A DNA stretch of 64,000 bases from Hydrolagus colliei (Eukaryota). The stretch covers positions 1,674,001-1,738,000 of the forward strand of contig CM068769.1 in assembly GCA_035084275.1 (NCBI GenBank), written 5' to 3'. A program made the translations under genes and the position numbers. Position 1 is the first letter of the stretch; each line of letters starts with the position of its first letter. Below are positions 1-10,529 of the stretch, piece after piece. The notes below the pieces were generated by a model that saw only the letters and a list, made by a program, of their open reading frames with translations, was not told the DNA's origin and searched no databases.

Positions 1-459
1 CCCTTCAAAGTTAATTAATAATAATAATAATAATGATTTTGTATTTCCTTCCCTGTCTGTTTTGGGGAACATGTTGCGTCCGCGGTGTTTCCCGCACAAA
101 ATATACAGTTACTAATTCATGCAGCAGATCGTGTGTTGTACTATCAATTGTCTGGGTGATGCGATAATACACTGTATCGAAATCACAAATTATAATTTTT
201 TATAACTCACAAAAGAGTGTAATCTGTAAGCACTTTGAGATGTGTGGAAGATTTGAAACTGTATTCCCCTTTGTTGGAAATACATCTAAGCAAATAAGCT
301 GTGAACTATGATTTCTAACGTGAGAAAAATAGGCCAGTATTAAAAGTGTTCCCAAATGAAACCAATAAAGAAAAACAGATTGCTGTTATCGAAATATAAC
401 ACCTTGATTGAACCAATAAGATCCACGGAAGGGCGGATGCTTGTTTGTGAGAAGTACAA

Positions 460-950
460 CAAAAAATATGGATACATTGTTCATTAGTCAACCGAAGCCT
501 TGCGTTAACCAGGCTTTAGACAAACATTTGTACATTTCAGCTGAGCCAGCTATAGTGTATAGCAGGGAAACAGTGTCAACTGTAACAGGAAGCACCTGCT
601 GTGGCTGCCAAGCAAGTTGTTATAGAAAGCAACGTGGGAAGTTATGTCAGTTGCTGCTGATGTTATAGGTGTGTTTGTATCGCCATCTGTTGGTTGATTG
701 CAGCTAGAACACGTGTACTGCAGAGACAAATGATTGCAAATTGATTTCGACCCACCATATCTTTCCTGTTCCTATCCTATCCTTTGGATACTTACACCTT
801 ATTCCCATTTCCCTGCTCGTTTCTCATATTGCCTATGCCTCAATGGGACATTCGACTCCAACCTCATTCACACTCTCGTATTGCGACTTGCCTCTGCTGG
901 TACGTGGCACAGACTATTTAATTTTTTTCCTTGTACTTCTCTTGTATTTG
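460..950. repeat. Non-coding block paralogous to about 9865-10340
   Basis: Shared anchors caacc.aagccttgcg, ttagacaaac.tttg.acatttcagc, aggaagcacctg, gccatctg.tgg and aatgggaca.tcga. Confidence 0.8.
680..693 (-). promoter_or_regulatory. Candidate CTCF site CCAACAGATGGCGA
   Basis: Homologous position in the paralogous block; 2 mismatches to consensus. Confidence 0.45.
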
Positions 951-1189
951 GTAATGTTACATTTCGTAACGTTGACATTAAGAATTTACATTGCTGAATC
1001 ATAAGCTTGATATGGATATACATTTATATTACTTTTCTACAGCGACTCCCACATTGATGGCTCAAGGTGCTGTATTCCCTAGAGGAAAAGTGAGAACTAA
1101 TCTGGGTACTTGTTAACTATAACCGTCTCTTCTCACTGTCCCATACAACAACAGTTATGGTGGTTGAAGGTGTGTTTGCTTAAGCGTTG

Positions 1190-1450
1190 ATTTAGTTTGT
1201 TCTAACTGCACACCCAGAAATGTGTTCAGCTGTATTTTCGGCCGGATAAGTCGAGTTTTCTAACTACTGAGCTACAGGAACTAATTATAATCGCATGAAA
1301 AGTGGGTTCTCACTTACAACAAGTTAATCAGAGACGTGTGGATTAAGGAAACTTGCCGAACTACAAACACTTGTAATTAGATAACGCCTTCTACGCATCT
1401 TAGAAAGATACTCCCTCAATAGGAATCGAACCCAGTTCCTACCGAGTTGA
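1190..1450 (-). mobile_element. tRNA-derived SINE immediately 3' of the V1 RSS
   Basis: B-box GGTTCGATTCC (1422-1432) and SINE body motif caagtttccttaatccacac. Confidence 0.65.
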
Positions 1451-1488
1451 GTGGCGTTATGTGCCAATATGGCACATAACGCCACAAG

Positions 1489-1526
1489 GGTTTTTGTACG
1501 GGTGTCTCTGGGATGCCTTCGCTGTG
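1489..1526 (-). other. RSS of V1: CACAGCG / 22 bp / ACAAAAACC
   Basis: Heptamer 1520-1526 and consensus nonamer 1489-1497, directly after the coding end. Confidence 0.92.
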
Positions 1527-1821
1527 GGCTTCAGTGCACAAACATAGGCAGCGCTGTCGCTGAGCTGGAGGTTGTCGATCTTGAACTGGAAATGTTTCTT
1601 AGAGGAATCCATCAGGGCAGAGAAGCGTTCCTGACTGATATTCGTCCCGTAGGAATGCCTTTGGATGAGGAAAGCGGGCCCTTCACTGCGGCGCTGGCGG
1701 TAAAGCAGCACTGAGATGCTGTCACTAGTCGTGGAGACATTACAGCTGATAGTCAGTGAGGCGCCTTCGAAACGCCAGTCTGCTTTCGGGCTCTGCCTCA
1801 CCGAATCTCCATCACTGATTC
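1527..1821 (-). CDS. TRAV: TCR alpha/delta-type V exon, gene V1 (family A); open frame, Trp41 replaced by Leu
   Basis: Acceptor ttcctgtAG|GA ATC. Translation (G)ISDGDSVRQSPK...TISCNVS...VLLYRQ...RFS...LQLSDSAAYVCALKP has both Ig cysteines and a D-x-A-x-Y-x-C motif, and ends at an RSS. Confidence 0.93.
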
Positions 1822-1914
1822 CTACAGGAAACAATTGTGCAATTCAGTGTTGAAACGATCAATACTAAGTTAGAAAACAAACTCTATTGTGGGCCACATT
1901 TCATAGAGTATATG

Positions 1915-2230
1915 TAGTTCCTGTAGCTCAGAGGTTGGAGCACTCGCGTTACAAACGTGAGACCTTTGTTCATATGCAGGCAGATCAGGAAGAGACTTTG
2001 GGCGAGTTTCCTTACTCCACATGCGCGATTAATAATAATCCCTCCGAAAAAACAAAATGTTGTGATGAAAACTGGTAATTTTCAACGCACGACTGTTTGT
2101 GGGAACGCTGCGGTGTGCAATTGGCTGCCACGTTTCGCCAACAACTATACAGTCAATTCACTTTAATGTATAATCTGTGAAGCGAATCGAGACGCCGATA
2201 AGATGTGAAAAGCGCTATATCAAATCAACG
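1915..2230 (+). mobile_element. tRNA-derived SINE with L2-type tail (V1 intron)
   Basis: Head gtagctcagaggttggagcac, body tatacagtcaattcacttta, tail gtgaaaagcgctatatcaaat. Confidence 0.8.
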
Positions 2231-2616
2231 GTTATAATTACTGTATACTATGTCACACTTTCAGACGCTTTGAGAATGTCTTCACACACGGGGATATTTT
2301 GTTCTACAAGATGAATGTCTGTAAGAATTTGTCAGTCATTTGAAAATTAAATTGCACCGTCCTTCAAATGGAAACCTCTAATAATAATCATCCTTAAAAC
2401 TTATATAGCGCTTTGCACGTTTTCTAGACGTCATAAAGCGCTTCACAGAATATACTCTGAAGTGAATTAACTGCAGATTTGTGGGTGAAACGTGACAGCG
2501 AACTGTGCACAGCAATGTTAAAGTAACCAGGGTTAAAGGAGACTCTGTTTAGAGATGACCCGTGGTACGAGCATTGACTTGGATGGCTGTCGGTAATGAT
2601 ATCTAGATTAACTAAC

Positions 2617-2665
2617 CATGTAGTGAGAATGCGATGGCTGCGGAGAGCAAATATCCCAACTGCAT
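2617..2665 (-). CDS. TRAV: Leader (L-part1) exon of V1
   Basis: ATG at 2665, MQLGYLLSAAIAFSLH+G, donor G|GTTAGT. Phase 1 joins the V exon in frame across a 795-bp intron. Confidence 0.8.
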
Positions 2666-3189
2666 TGCGTTCAGACACCACAATCAGCGTTTACGTCTCT
2701 GCTGCTCTTGACACCGTGTGACACTGAGGCCACAGATATAGCTGAGAACCCTTTGTGATGTTGTCTCTTATCTGTGCGTCACTATCTCGTACCTCGAGCT
2801 GCTGTGGGCGTGTTGGACTGCTCCAATCAGATTCAGGCTTAAACGTGTACATTTGATCCTGAGTATACACACCCACAAATTACACAGTCAATTCATTTTA
2901 CAGTATAGTCATTGAGAAATATTAATGGTAAGGCGATTGATCAGATGGAAGGATCATTATAATAACGACTTATTTCCTCATTCAAACGCTCTCGCCTTCA
3001 GTCTTCATTCCAAACTTGAAACTTTATATGATCTTATATTTAGTGTAATACCAATATATCCGACCCACCTTTATATCTCAACAATACATGTAAAAGTTCC
3101 ATAAATACAAGCAACATTGACTCAAACCTCAGTGTTTCTTTGAATTCAGTAAGTAATTCATTATTAATACTAAACTTATTTTGAAGGAA

Positions 3190-3365
3190 TTATATCTACT
3201 GTAGATGAATTCATTCACGAGTCACCAAAAAGGGGGTTGCTACTGACTCCTGGCTAAATAGAGGTATACACATACTAAGAAAACTTGTCCAAAGTTTCGC
3301 GCAGCACGTAGTCGAACCCAGGTACTCTCGCTTCCGAAGAGACTTGCTCTCACTTCTGAGCTAGA
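3190..3365 (-). mobile_element. tRNA-derived SINE head 3' of the V2 RSS
   Basis: A-box tagctcagaagtgag (3349-3363), B-box ggttcgactac (3308-3318). Confidence 0.7.
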
Positions 3366-3379
3366 GGACACGGCATGAT

Positions 3380-3418
3380 AGTTTTTGTAGGGCGGTAACG
3401 CTGTTCTGTGTCTCTATG
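3380..3418 (-). other. Defective RSS of V2: CATAGAG / 23 bp / ACAAAAACT
   Basis: The invariant CAC is changed to CAT. The spacer and nonamer match the V4 RSS. Confidence 0.9.
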
Positions 3419-3728
3419 GAGCTCAGTGCACAGTAATACACCGCCGAGTCTGTGACTCTCACTTGGGATATATTTAACGGGACGGTTCTCGCCGCTTTAT
3501 CCACTGTTGTTGAGAAACGCTCTTTCGTAAAGTCTGCGTATTTGTGCTTGTTCCTGGTTGATGTGCTGAGGGTGTATTCTGGGGGTTTGTAGGGGTATTG
3601 TCGATACCAAAACAAATATGGATCGTCGCTGATTGTCACTGTTTAATTGCACTGCAGATACACATTCTCCCCTTCATTCACTGTCACAGTCGCTGGGAGC
3701 TGTGTCGCCGAGTCTCCTCCACAATTCC
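3419..3728 (-). pseudogene. TRAV: TCR V exon, gene V2 (family B), pseudogene
   Basis: Acceptor ttcccAG|GG AAT. Reads GNCGGDSATQ...YLQCN*TVT...LFWYRQYP...DSAVYYCALS, with in-frame TAA at 3643-3645. Confidence 0.93.
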
Positions 3729-3924
3729 CTGGGAAACACAAACACATCAGCGTTTAATGCAATAATAACGTAAACATACTTGTGTTTGATACAGCATCGT
3801 ATAGAGTGATCGTGCCATCTCCAAGCGTTTGTTTCACTGACTAGATATAGACTCCATTTTGTGGGTGAAAGCGGCAGGCAGTTGAGTGCATCTTTCCAGC
3901 ACAAACGGTCCTGGAATAATAATG

Positions 3925-4228
3925 ATAATCCTTGCATTTAGCATAGCGCTTTTCACTGCTTGGAGTCGTCTCAAAGCGTTTCCCAGTGTATACTGTGAAG
4001 TGTAATGACTATATTTTCTTCAGTAGCTGCATTTATCAAGGGATCAATAGCGTAGTAAAGTGATCTGCCCATCGACTAATAGATCGAGTACCTAATCACT
4101 GCTCGGTAAGCAGATATATATGTGGGTCTGTGGAAAATGTACATTTGTAATTTCGTCCAATCCCACCGGGAATCGAACTCAGATCCTTCAGCATGCGAGG
4201 CGAGTGTTCTAACCACTAGCTGTGGGAA
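3925..4228 (-). mobile_element. tRNA-derived SINE (V2 intron)
   Basis: Head tagtggttagaacactcgcc...gttcgattcc; L2-type tail with an (ATT)n end. Confidence 0.75.
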
Positions 4229-4338
4229 ACCACTTATCCACAAGTGGTATAGTATGTTGCTTATTCCATGCAATAAAACTTTGACTTTGAAGAACATGTA
4301 AAGGAATTGCATCCATATGGAGTAGTTGTTTGGCTTAC

Positions 4339-4384
4339 CTGCGAAGGTAATGATGGCGACTGCCACATATATGTACATTGTCAT
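4339..4384 (-). CDS. TRAV: Leader exon of V2
   Basis: MTMYIYVAVAIITFA+G, donor G|GTAAGC; paralogous to the V4 leader. Confidence 0.88.
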
Positions 4385-4524
4385 CTGTGTTAATGGCACC
4401 CTGTGTTGTGGAAGCGCTGGTGGTTTAGTGGGAGAATGTTGGCTGGGAAACTTTAAGATACCATGAGGAGGACTGAACAGGCAATGACATAAACAGGTTG
4501 CCATACACTGTGAGTGAGCTGGTC

Positions 4525-4605
4525 TGTGGTTTATGTACAACCTTTGGTTCTCTGTCACTGGGCGTCATCTTCTCTTCTCTGCCATCTCGCTCCTCCATTG
4601 GTTCT
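4525..4605 (-). promoter_or_regulatory. V2 promoter motifs (CCAAT, CRE half-site TGACG, TATA-like TACATAAA)
   Basis: Motifs at 4597-4601, 4563-4567 and 4530-4537, conserved in the same order upstream of V4. Confidence 0.55.
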
Positions 4606-4681
4606 CTTCTAACACTGACATGCCTTTTATCAAATGGATGGCAGACACCTGCAGCAAGATAGATCGATAGATGCATTACAT

Positions 4682-4985
4682 GTCATAGAATCATAGAATC
4701 ATAGAATTTTACGGCACAAAAGGAGGCCATTCGGCCCATCTAGTCTGTGCCGGCTCTTTGAAAAGAGCGATTCAATCCCATTGCCCTGCCCGCTCCCCAT
4801 AGCCTAATAGACCCGTTCTTCCTAAATAAAGATCTAATTCCCTTTTAAAAGTTGTTATCGAATCAGCCTCCACCACCTTTTCAGGCAATGCATTCCAGAT
4901 TCGAACAACTCGCTGAGTGAAAAAATTTCTCCTCAGCTCCCCTCTACTGCGCCTTGAAACTATTTTAAATCTGTGACCACGAGTC
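4682..4985 (-). mobile_element. CR1 LINE 3' fragment
   Basis: (CATAGAAT)3 tail, 3'UTR ggccattcggccc, ORF2 C-terminus RGHRFKI...FTQRVVRIWNALP. Confidence 0.92.
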
Positions 4986-5334
4986 GTCCAAACACATACA
5001 TGAGTTCCACACATCTGTACAATCTGTGGACTCATGTAGTTTAATGGTATCAACACTCGCCTTACAAGCACTTTGCATGCGTTTGATGCCTGCCAGAGCG
5101 ACACGTTGGTCAAGTTTACTTACTCCACACACCGACCGTGGTTTACCGAGAGTAAGTAGGATTATGGTTGATAATCGCGTAAAGAGCAGCTTTCCAGGGA
5201 AACAATCTCTCCCAGCATAGGGAACTCGATCCGTGTCTGTTTATAGGACAATGCTGTGCCGAACTGAATGCCTCGTTTCGCCAGCAAAACGAAAAGTAAG
5301 AACATTTTACGTTGTACACTGTGAAGTGATTTAT

Positions 5335-5440
5335 ATCTATCTATCTATATATCTATATATATATATACATCTATATATAATCTATATATATATATACATC
5401 TATATATAATCTATATATATATATAAACTATATGTATATT
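5335..5440. repeat. (TA)n/(TCTA)n microsatellite
   Basis: Directly visible. Confidence 0.9.
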
Positions 5441-5519
5441 ACAAAATAGGTAGGAGGAGGTGCTCAGAGGAACTCCCACAGTGTGTGTGTATGGGGTTAG
5501 ATAATTCCTTTATTTGTGT

Positions 5520-5745
5520 TGATCCCGGTCCTCACATCAAAACACTCAAGAATCTCGCACCATCCTACATTCGTGACTTCCTATCCCTCCCATCTCTTTA
5601 CCAACATGCCCGCCCCCTTCGTTCGGCTGGACCTGACATGCTCTACGTCCCCCGATCGACCCTCCCAACCAATCGCGGGCGAACCTTCAACCACTCTGCC
5701 CCCAACATCTGGAAATCCATCCCGAATTCATTCCGCCACAGTTTG
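5520..5745 (+). mobile_element. L2 LINE ORF2 C-terminal fragment
   Basis: LAPSYIRDFL...PLRSA...GRTFNHSAPNIWKSIP. Confidence 0.75.
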
Positions 5746-5847
5746 TACTGAGAAGTGAATTGACTGTATGCGCTACTGTATAAACGTGGCAAGCCACTTC
5801 CTCTATTTTGCAACCCTAGTACTCTAACCATTGGACTGCAGTCACCT
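5745..5847 (-). mobile_element. tRNA-derived SINE displaced from the V3 RSS by a CR1 insertion
   Basis: Head aggtgactgcagtccaatggttagagtact aligns to the head following the V5 RSS. Confidence 0.6.
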
Positions 5848-8650
5848 GGACAGACACATGGCAGATGAAGTTTAATGCAGAGAAGTGTGAGGTGATGCAT
5901 TTTGGGAGAACAAATAAAGGGAGGCAATATAGGCTAGATAGTACAATTTTAAATGATGTGAAGGAACAGAGAGACCTGGGGATTTGTGTTAGTGACTCGA
6001 TGAAGGTGGCAGGACAGGTAGGCAAGGCTGCTAAGAAGGCATATGGGATCATAGAATCATAGAATCATAGAATTGTACGGCACAAAAGGAGGCCATTCGG
6101 CCCATCTAGTCTGTGCCGGCTCTTTGAAAAGAGCGATTCAATCCCACTGCCCTGCCCGCTCCCCATAGCCTAATAGACCCGTTCTCCCTCAATAAAGATC
6201 TAATTCCCTTTTAAAAGTTGTTATCGAATCAGCCTCCACCACCTTTTCAGGAAATGCATTCCAGATTCGAACAACTCGCTGAGTGAAAACATTTCTCCTC
6301 AGCTCCCCTCTACTGCGCCTTGAAACTATTTTAAATCTGTGACCACGAGTCACAGATTCACCCACGAGTGGAAATAGTTTTTCTCTATTTGCCCTGTCGA
6401 AACCCCTCATGATCTTATAAACCTCTATTAGGTCTCCACTCAATCTTCTCTGCTCCAGAGAGAATAACCCTAGCCTATCTAGCCTCTCCTCATAGCTGAA
6501 GTCCCTCAATCCTGGCACCATCCTAGTAAATCTTCTTTGTACCCTTTCCAATGACTTCACATCCTTTCTGTCGTGTGGTGACCAGAATTGAACACAGTAT
6601 TCCAGCTGAGGCCTCACCAAAGTCCTATAGAGGTTAGTCAGCACTTCCTGACTTTTGTACTCTATACCCCTATTTATAAAGCCTAGTATCCCATATGCCT
6701 TCTTAACAGCCGTGTCTACCTGTCCTTACACCTTCAACGAGTCACTAACACAAATCCCCATGTCTCTCTGTTCTTTTACACCATTTAAAATTGTACTATC
6801 TAGCCTATATTGCCTCCCTTCATTTCTTCTCCCAAAATGCATCACCTCACACTTCTCTGCATTAAACTTCATCTGCCATGTGTCTGCCCACTTTACCAAT
6901 TTGTCTATATCCTCTTGCAGATGGCTACTATCCTCCTCACTGTTTACTATTCTCCCTAACTTACTGTCATCTGCAAACTTGGAAACTGTACTCCGTACAC
7001 CCAAGTCCAGATCATTGATGTAGATTACAAACAGCAATGGTCCCAAAACCGATCCCTGTGGCACACCACTGCTCACTTCCCTCCAGTCTGAAAAATAGCC
7101 GCTCACTACAACTCTCTGCTTTCTGTCTCGCAGCCAGTTGTGGATCCACGCTGCCACTGTCCCTTTTACGCCATGGGCCTTTAATTTCATAATAAGTCTC
7201 TCATGTGGCACTTTGTCAAATGCCTTTTGAAAGTCCATGTAAACTACATCAACTGCGCTACCATTATCCACCCATTCCGTTACCTCATCAAAAAATTCTA
7301 TCAGATTGATAAGGCAAGATTTGCCTTTAACAAATCCATGTTGACTGTCCTTTATTAGCCTATATCTTTCTAAGTGAAGATCTACCTTGTCCCTGATTAT
7401 GGACTCTAGAAGTTTGCCCACTACCGACGTTAGACTGACTGGTCTGTAGTTACCAGGCTTGTCCTTCTGCCCCTGTTTATACAAGGGAGTAACATTAGCT
7501 ATCCTCCAGTCCTCTGGCACGACCCCTGTGTCCAAGGAAGATTGAAAGATCGTGGCCAGAGTCCCTGCTATTTGCTCCCGTGCCTCACTTAGTAACCTAG
7601 GGTGCATCGCATCCGGACCAGGTGACTTATCCACCTTGAGCGACGTCAACCTTTTTAGTACATCCTCTCTGGTTATAATTATTCTATCCATTTCTCCTAC
7701 CCTCTCCTCTAATACCATGGCATTGGCTGTATCCTTTTCTTTTGTGAAGACAGAGGCGAAGTACTCATTCAGTACATCAGCCATGCCCTCTGCCTCCACA
7801 ATGAGATTTCCTCCTAGGTCCCTAATTGGCCCCACCCTCTCCTTGACCAAACTTCTACTCTTAATATGTTGGTAAAAAAACCTTAGGGTTCCCCTTAATC
7901 TTACTCGCTAATTGTTTTTCATGCAGTCTCTTTGCCCCTCTAACTTCCTTTTTTAGTTCTATCCTACACTTCCTATATTCTGCTTTGTTCCCCTCTGAAT
8001 TTTGAGCCTGACACTTATCATAAGCCTCGGATACTATGCTTTATAAATAGGTGTATAGAGTACAAAAGTCAGGAAGTGCTGACTAACCTCTATAAGACTT
8101 TGGTGAGGCCTCAGCTGAAATACTGTGTTCAATTCTGGTCACCACACTACAGAAAGGATGTGAAGGCATTGGAAAGGGTACAACGAAGAAGTACTAGGAT
8201 GGTGCCAGGATTGAGGGACTTCAGCTATGAGGAGAGGCTAGATAGGCTAGGGTTGTTCTCTCTGGAGCAGAGAAGATTGAGGGGAGACCTAATAGAGGTT
8301 TATAAGATCATGAGGGGTTACGACAGGGCAAATAGAGAAAAACTATTTCCACTCGTGGGCGAATCTGTGACTCGTGGTCGCAGATTTAAAATAGTTTCAA
8401 GGCGAAGTAGAGGGGAGCTGAGGAGAAATCGTTTCACTCAGCGAGTTGTTCGAATCTGGAATGCATTGCCTGAAAAGGTGGTGGAGGCTGATTCGATAAC
8501 AAGTTTTAAAAGGGAATTACATCTTTATTTAGGGAGAACAGGTCTATTAGGCTATGGGGAGCGGGCAGGGCAGTGGGATTGAATCGCTCTTTTCAAAGAG
8601 CCTGCACAGACTAGATGGGCCGAATGGCCTCCTTTTGTGCCGTAAAATTC
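5847..8650 (+). mobile_element. Outer 5'-truncated CR1 (5847-6049 + 8033-8650), split by a nested CR1
   Basis: The reading ...aaggcatatgggat (6049) resumes as actatgctttataaatagg (8033); the element ends in the CR1 3'UTR at aaaattc. Confidence 0.85.
6050..8028 (-). mobile_element. Inner CR1 LINE with a reverse transcriptase domain (frameshifted ORF2)
   Basis: ORF 6726-7850 has NYRPVSLTS, DFQKAFDKVPH, GVPQGSVLGP and KFADD; (CATAGAAT)3 tail at 6050; flanking ggat duplication. Confidence 0.95.
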
Positions 8651-8669
8651 CTGTACAAAAACCTTAGCA

Positions 8670-8708
8670 TGTTTTTGTACAGGTCCTTCGTAAACACACA
8701 GCACTGTG
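8670..8708 (-). other. RSS of V3: CACAGTG / 23 bp / ACAAAAACA
   Basis: Consensus heptamer 8702-8708 and nonamer 8670-8678. Confidence 0.96.
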
Positions 8709-8982
8709 CTATCCGCACAGAAGTAAGTGGCGGAGTCAGACACTCGCACGTCTTGGATCGATAACGTGCTGTTTTTTCCAACAGTCAAAGCATTTATCCT
8801 CTCCTGCTGCTTCATCTCTCTCGATCCCAACACCAAGTAAGTGATGGAGCCGTTTCCATGCTGTTTGTACCATTGAAACCCTGGGCTAGACACTGTGGTG
8901 CTGCACTCCATAATTACATTCCGATTTTCATTCTCTGTCAGAGCTTGAGGTCTCTGTGACACTTCACTTTCAGCCAAGACAC
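8709..8982 (-). CDS. TRAV: TCR V exon, gene V3 (family C), open frame
   Basis: Acceptor gtccccAG|GT GTC. Reads VLAESEVSQ...IMECST...FQWYKQ...VSDSATYFCADS. Confidence 0.95.
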
Positions 8983-9094
8983 CTGGGGACATAGAATATT
9001 CTTGGATAGTATTTCATAAAATGTCTGCAATAAAATTTATAATTATGTACCAGGAAAACCAGGATGCGTGTGTCCAATCTGATACTCTACTTAC

Positions 9095-9152
9095 ACAAGA
9101 TTGTTGCAATTAAATAAAAAATTATATATGGTGTATTAAAATCCTGCTTCAT
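9095..9152 (-). CDS. TRAV: Leader exon of V3
   Basis: MKQDFNTPYIIFYLIATIL+T, donor T|GTAAGT, phase 1; paralogous to the V5 leader. Confidence 0.85.
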
Positions 9153-10092
9153 TCTCAAGTCTTTTCTATTCGCGTCAAAATGTCTTTTTGATGTACAGTG
9201 GGAAATCAGCTACAGGCTGATAAATGTTTGCAAATTTTTGTGGAACGCAGTTAACCATGCAGATTATAAGTAGATTCTCAGTGACACCTTCACACACTTC
9301 TCACTTCCTGTGTGTTTGCTTCTGCAGAATTCATTCGCCAATTGGCTAGCCACTTGCTGCTGGTTAGCGGAGGTTTGCATGCGTGTGAAGTTAGCAAACG
9401 TGACTAATGTTTCACCCACCCTAATTGGTTCCCAATCAGGCGAGATTTTGGACAAATATATTTGCTCCATACACACACACCTTATTTAAGTTTAGAATAA
9501 GGAGGAAACCGCAGCTTAGTCCATTGGTGGTTCACTTTGCTGGGGATAATATTCCCCATCTCCAAAATGTTCTACATCAAAGGCAAGCAACACTAAAGTA
9601 ATCATTAATATTGATAGTATAATTACTACCATTATTATTAATATCGCTGTCCAGTCATCTATGTAATTATTCGGACGCCTTGAAGCATGTAAACAATATA
9701 ATTCTTCTGCACCTAAGTTTAATTAATTGTTGTCAGTTTTATCGTGTTCCCAATCTACACTGAAACAATCTACCTTACAGTAGTTACCAAAATCTAATGC
9801 AATTGTTAACAAAGTGAGATCCGCTAGAATGCGGATGCTTATGTTGGAGAAAGACAATAACATGAATATATGACATCCCCATTACCTTTTCGAGCAACCT
9901 AAGCCTTGCGATTGTCATGGTTACGATTTAGACAAACCTTTGAACATTTCAGCAGAAGCAGCAATAATACGCAGGATTTAACCAATGTGGACTGTAATAG
10001 GAAGCACCTGTTATAGCTGTCAAGGTAGATTGACACAGAATAGAACGTGGCAAGCTGTGTCAATTGCAGATGGTGTTATATGTGTGTTTTGT

Positions 10093-10106
10093 CTGCCATC
10101 TGCTGG
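10093..10106 (-). promoter_or_regulatory. Candidate CTCF site CCAGCAGATGGCAG
   Basis: Matches CCASYAGRKGGCRS at every position; lies about 940 bp upstream of the V3 ATG within a duplicated block. Confidence 0.6.
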
Positions 10107-10529
10107 TGAACTGTAGCTACTGCACGAGCATAATTTAAAAGCAAGAGTTTTTTGGGGGGCCCTACATAAAGTTCCTGGTCCTATTGTCTCCAATGGAAAT
10201 TGACATCTTAGTTCCATTTACTTGCTTTTTCCTCGTATTGTCTGTGCTTTAATGGGACACTCGAATTCATTCTCATTCACAGTCTCTTACTATGACATAT
10301 CCCTGATAATTGTTTCTCCACTTTAATTATATTCCTTGCTCTGATCCTGTAAACGTTGATTATATTCTGCTTCACCTTGAGCTGGCATTCACCGTTTACA
10401 TGACAGCAGCACAATAGTTACATGTGTGTGGCACTATTCATTTCGCGATGATGTCACAATGCAGTGTATTTACTACTACATCAACAAAAGAATCACATTT
10501 GAGACGTCCTCCCGATGTGACAGGCGCTA

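Noticed and set aside
2691-2876. ORF ending ...YLWPQCHTV with a CACGGTG heptamer-like word, suggesting a sixth V gene
   Set aside because: There is no nonamer at 12 or 23 bp and no Ig framework. The interval is the V1 promoter, directly upstream of its leader.
4528-4562. RSS-like CCCAGTG/CACATTG...ACATAAACC upstream of V2 and V4
   Set aside because: The spacer is 19 bp, neither 12 nor 23. It is better explained as the TATA-like and CRE promoter elements.
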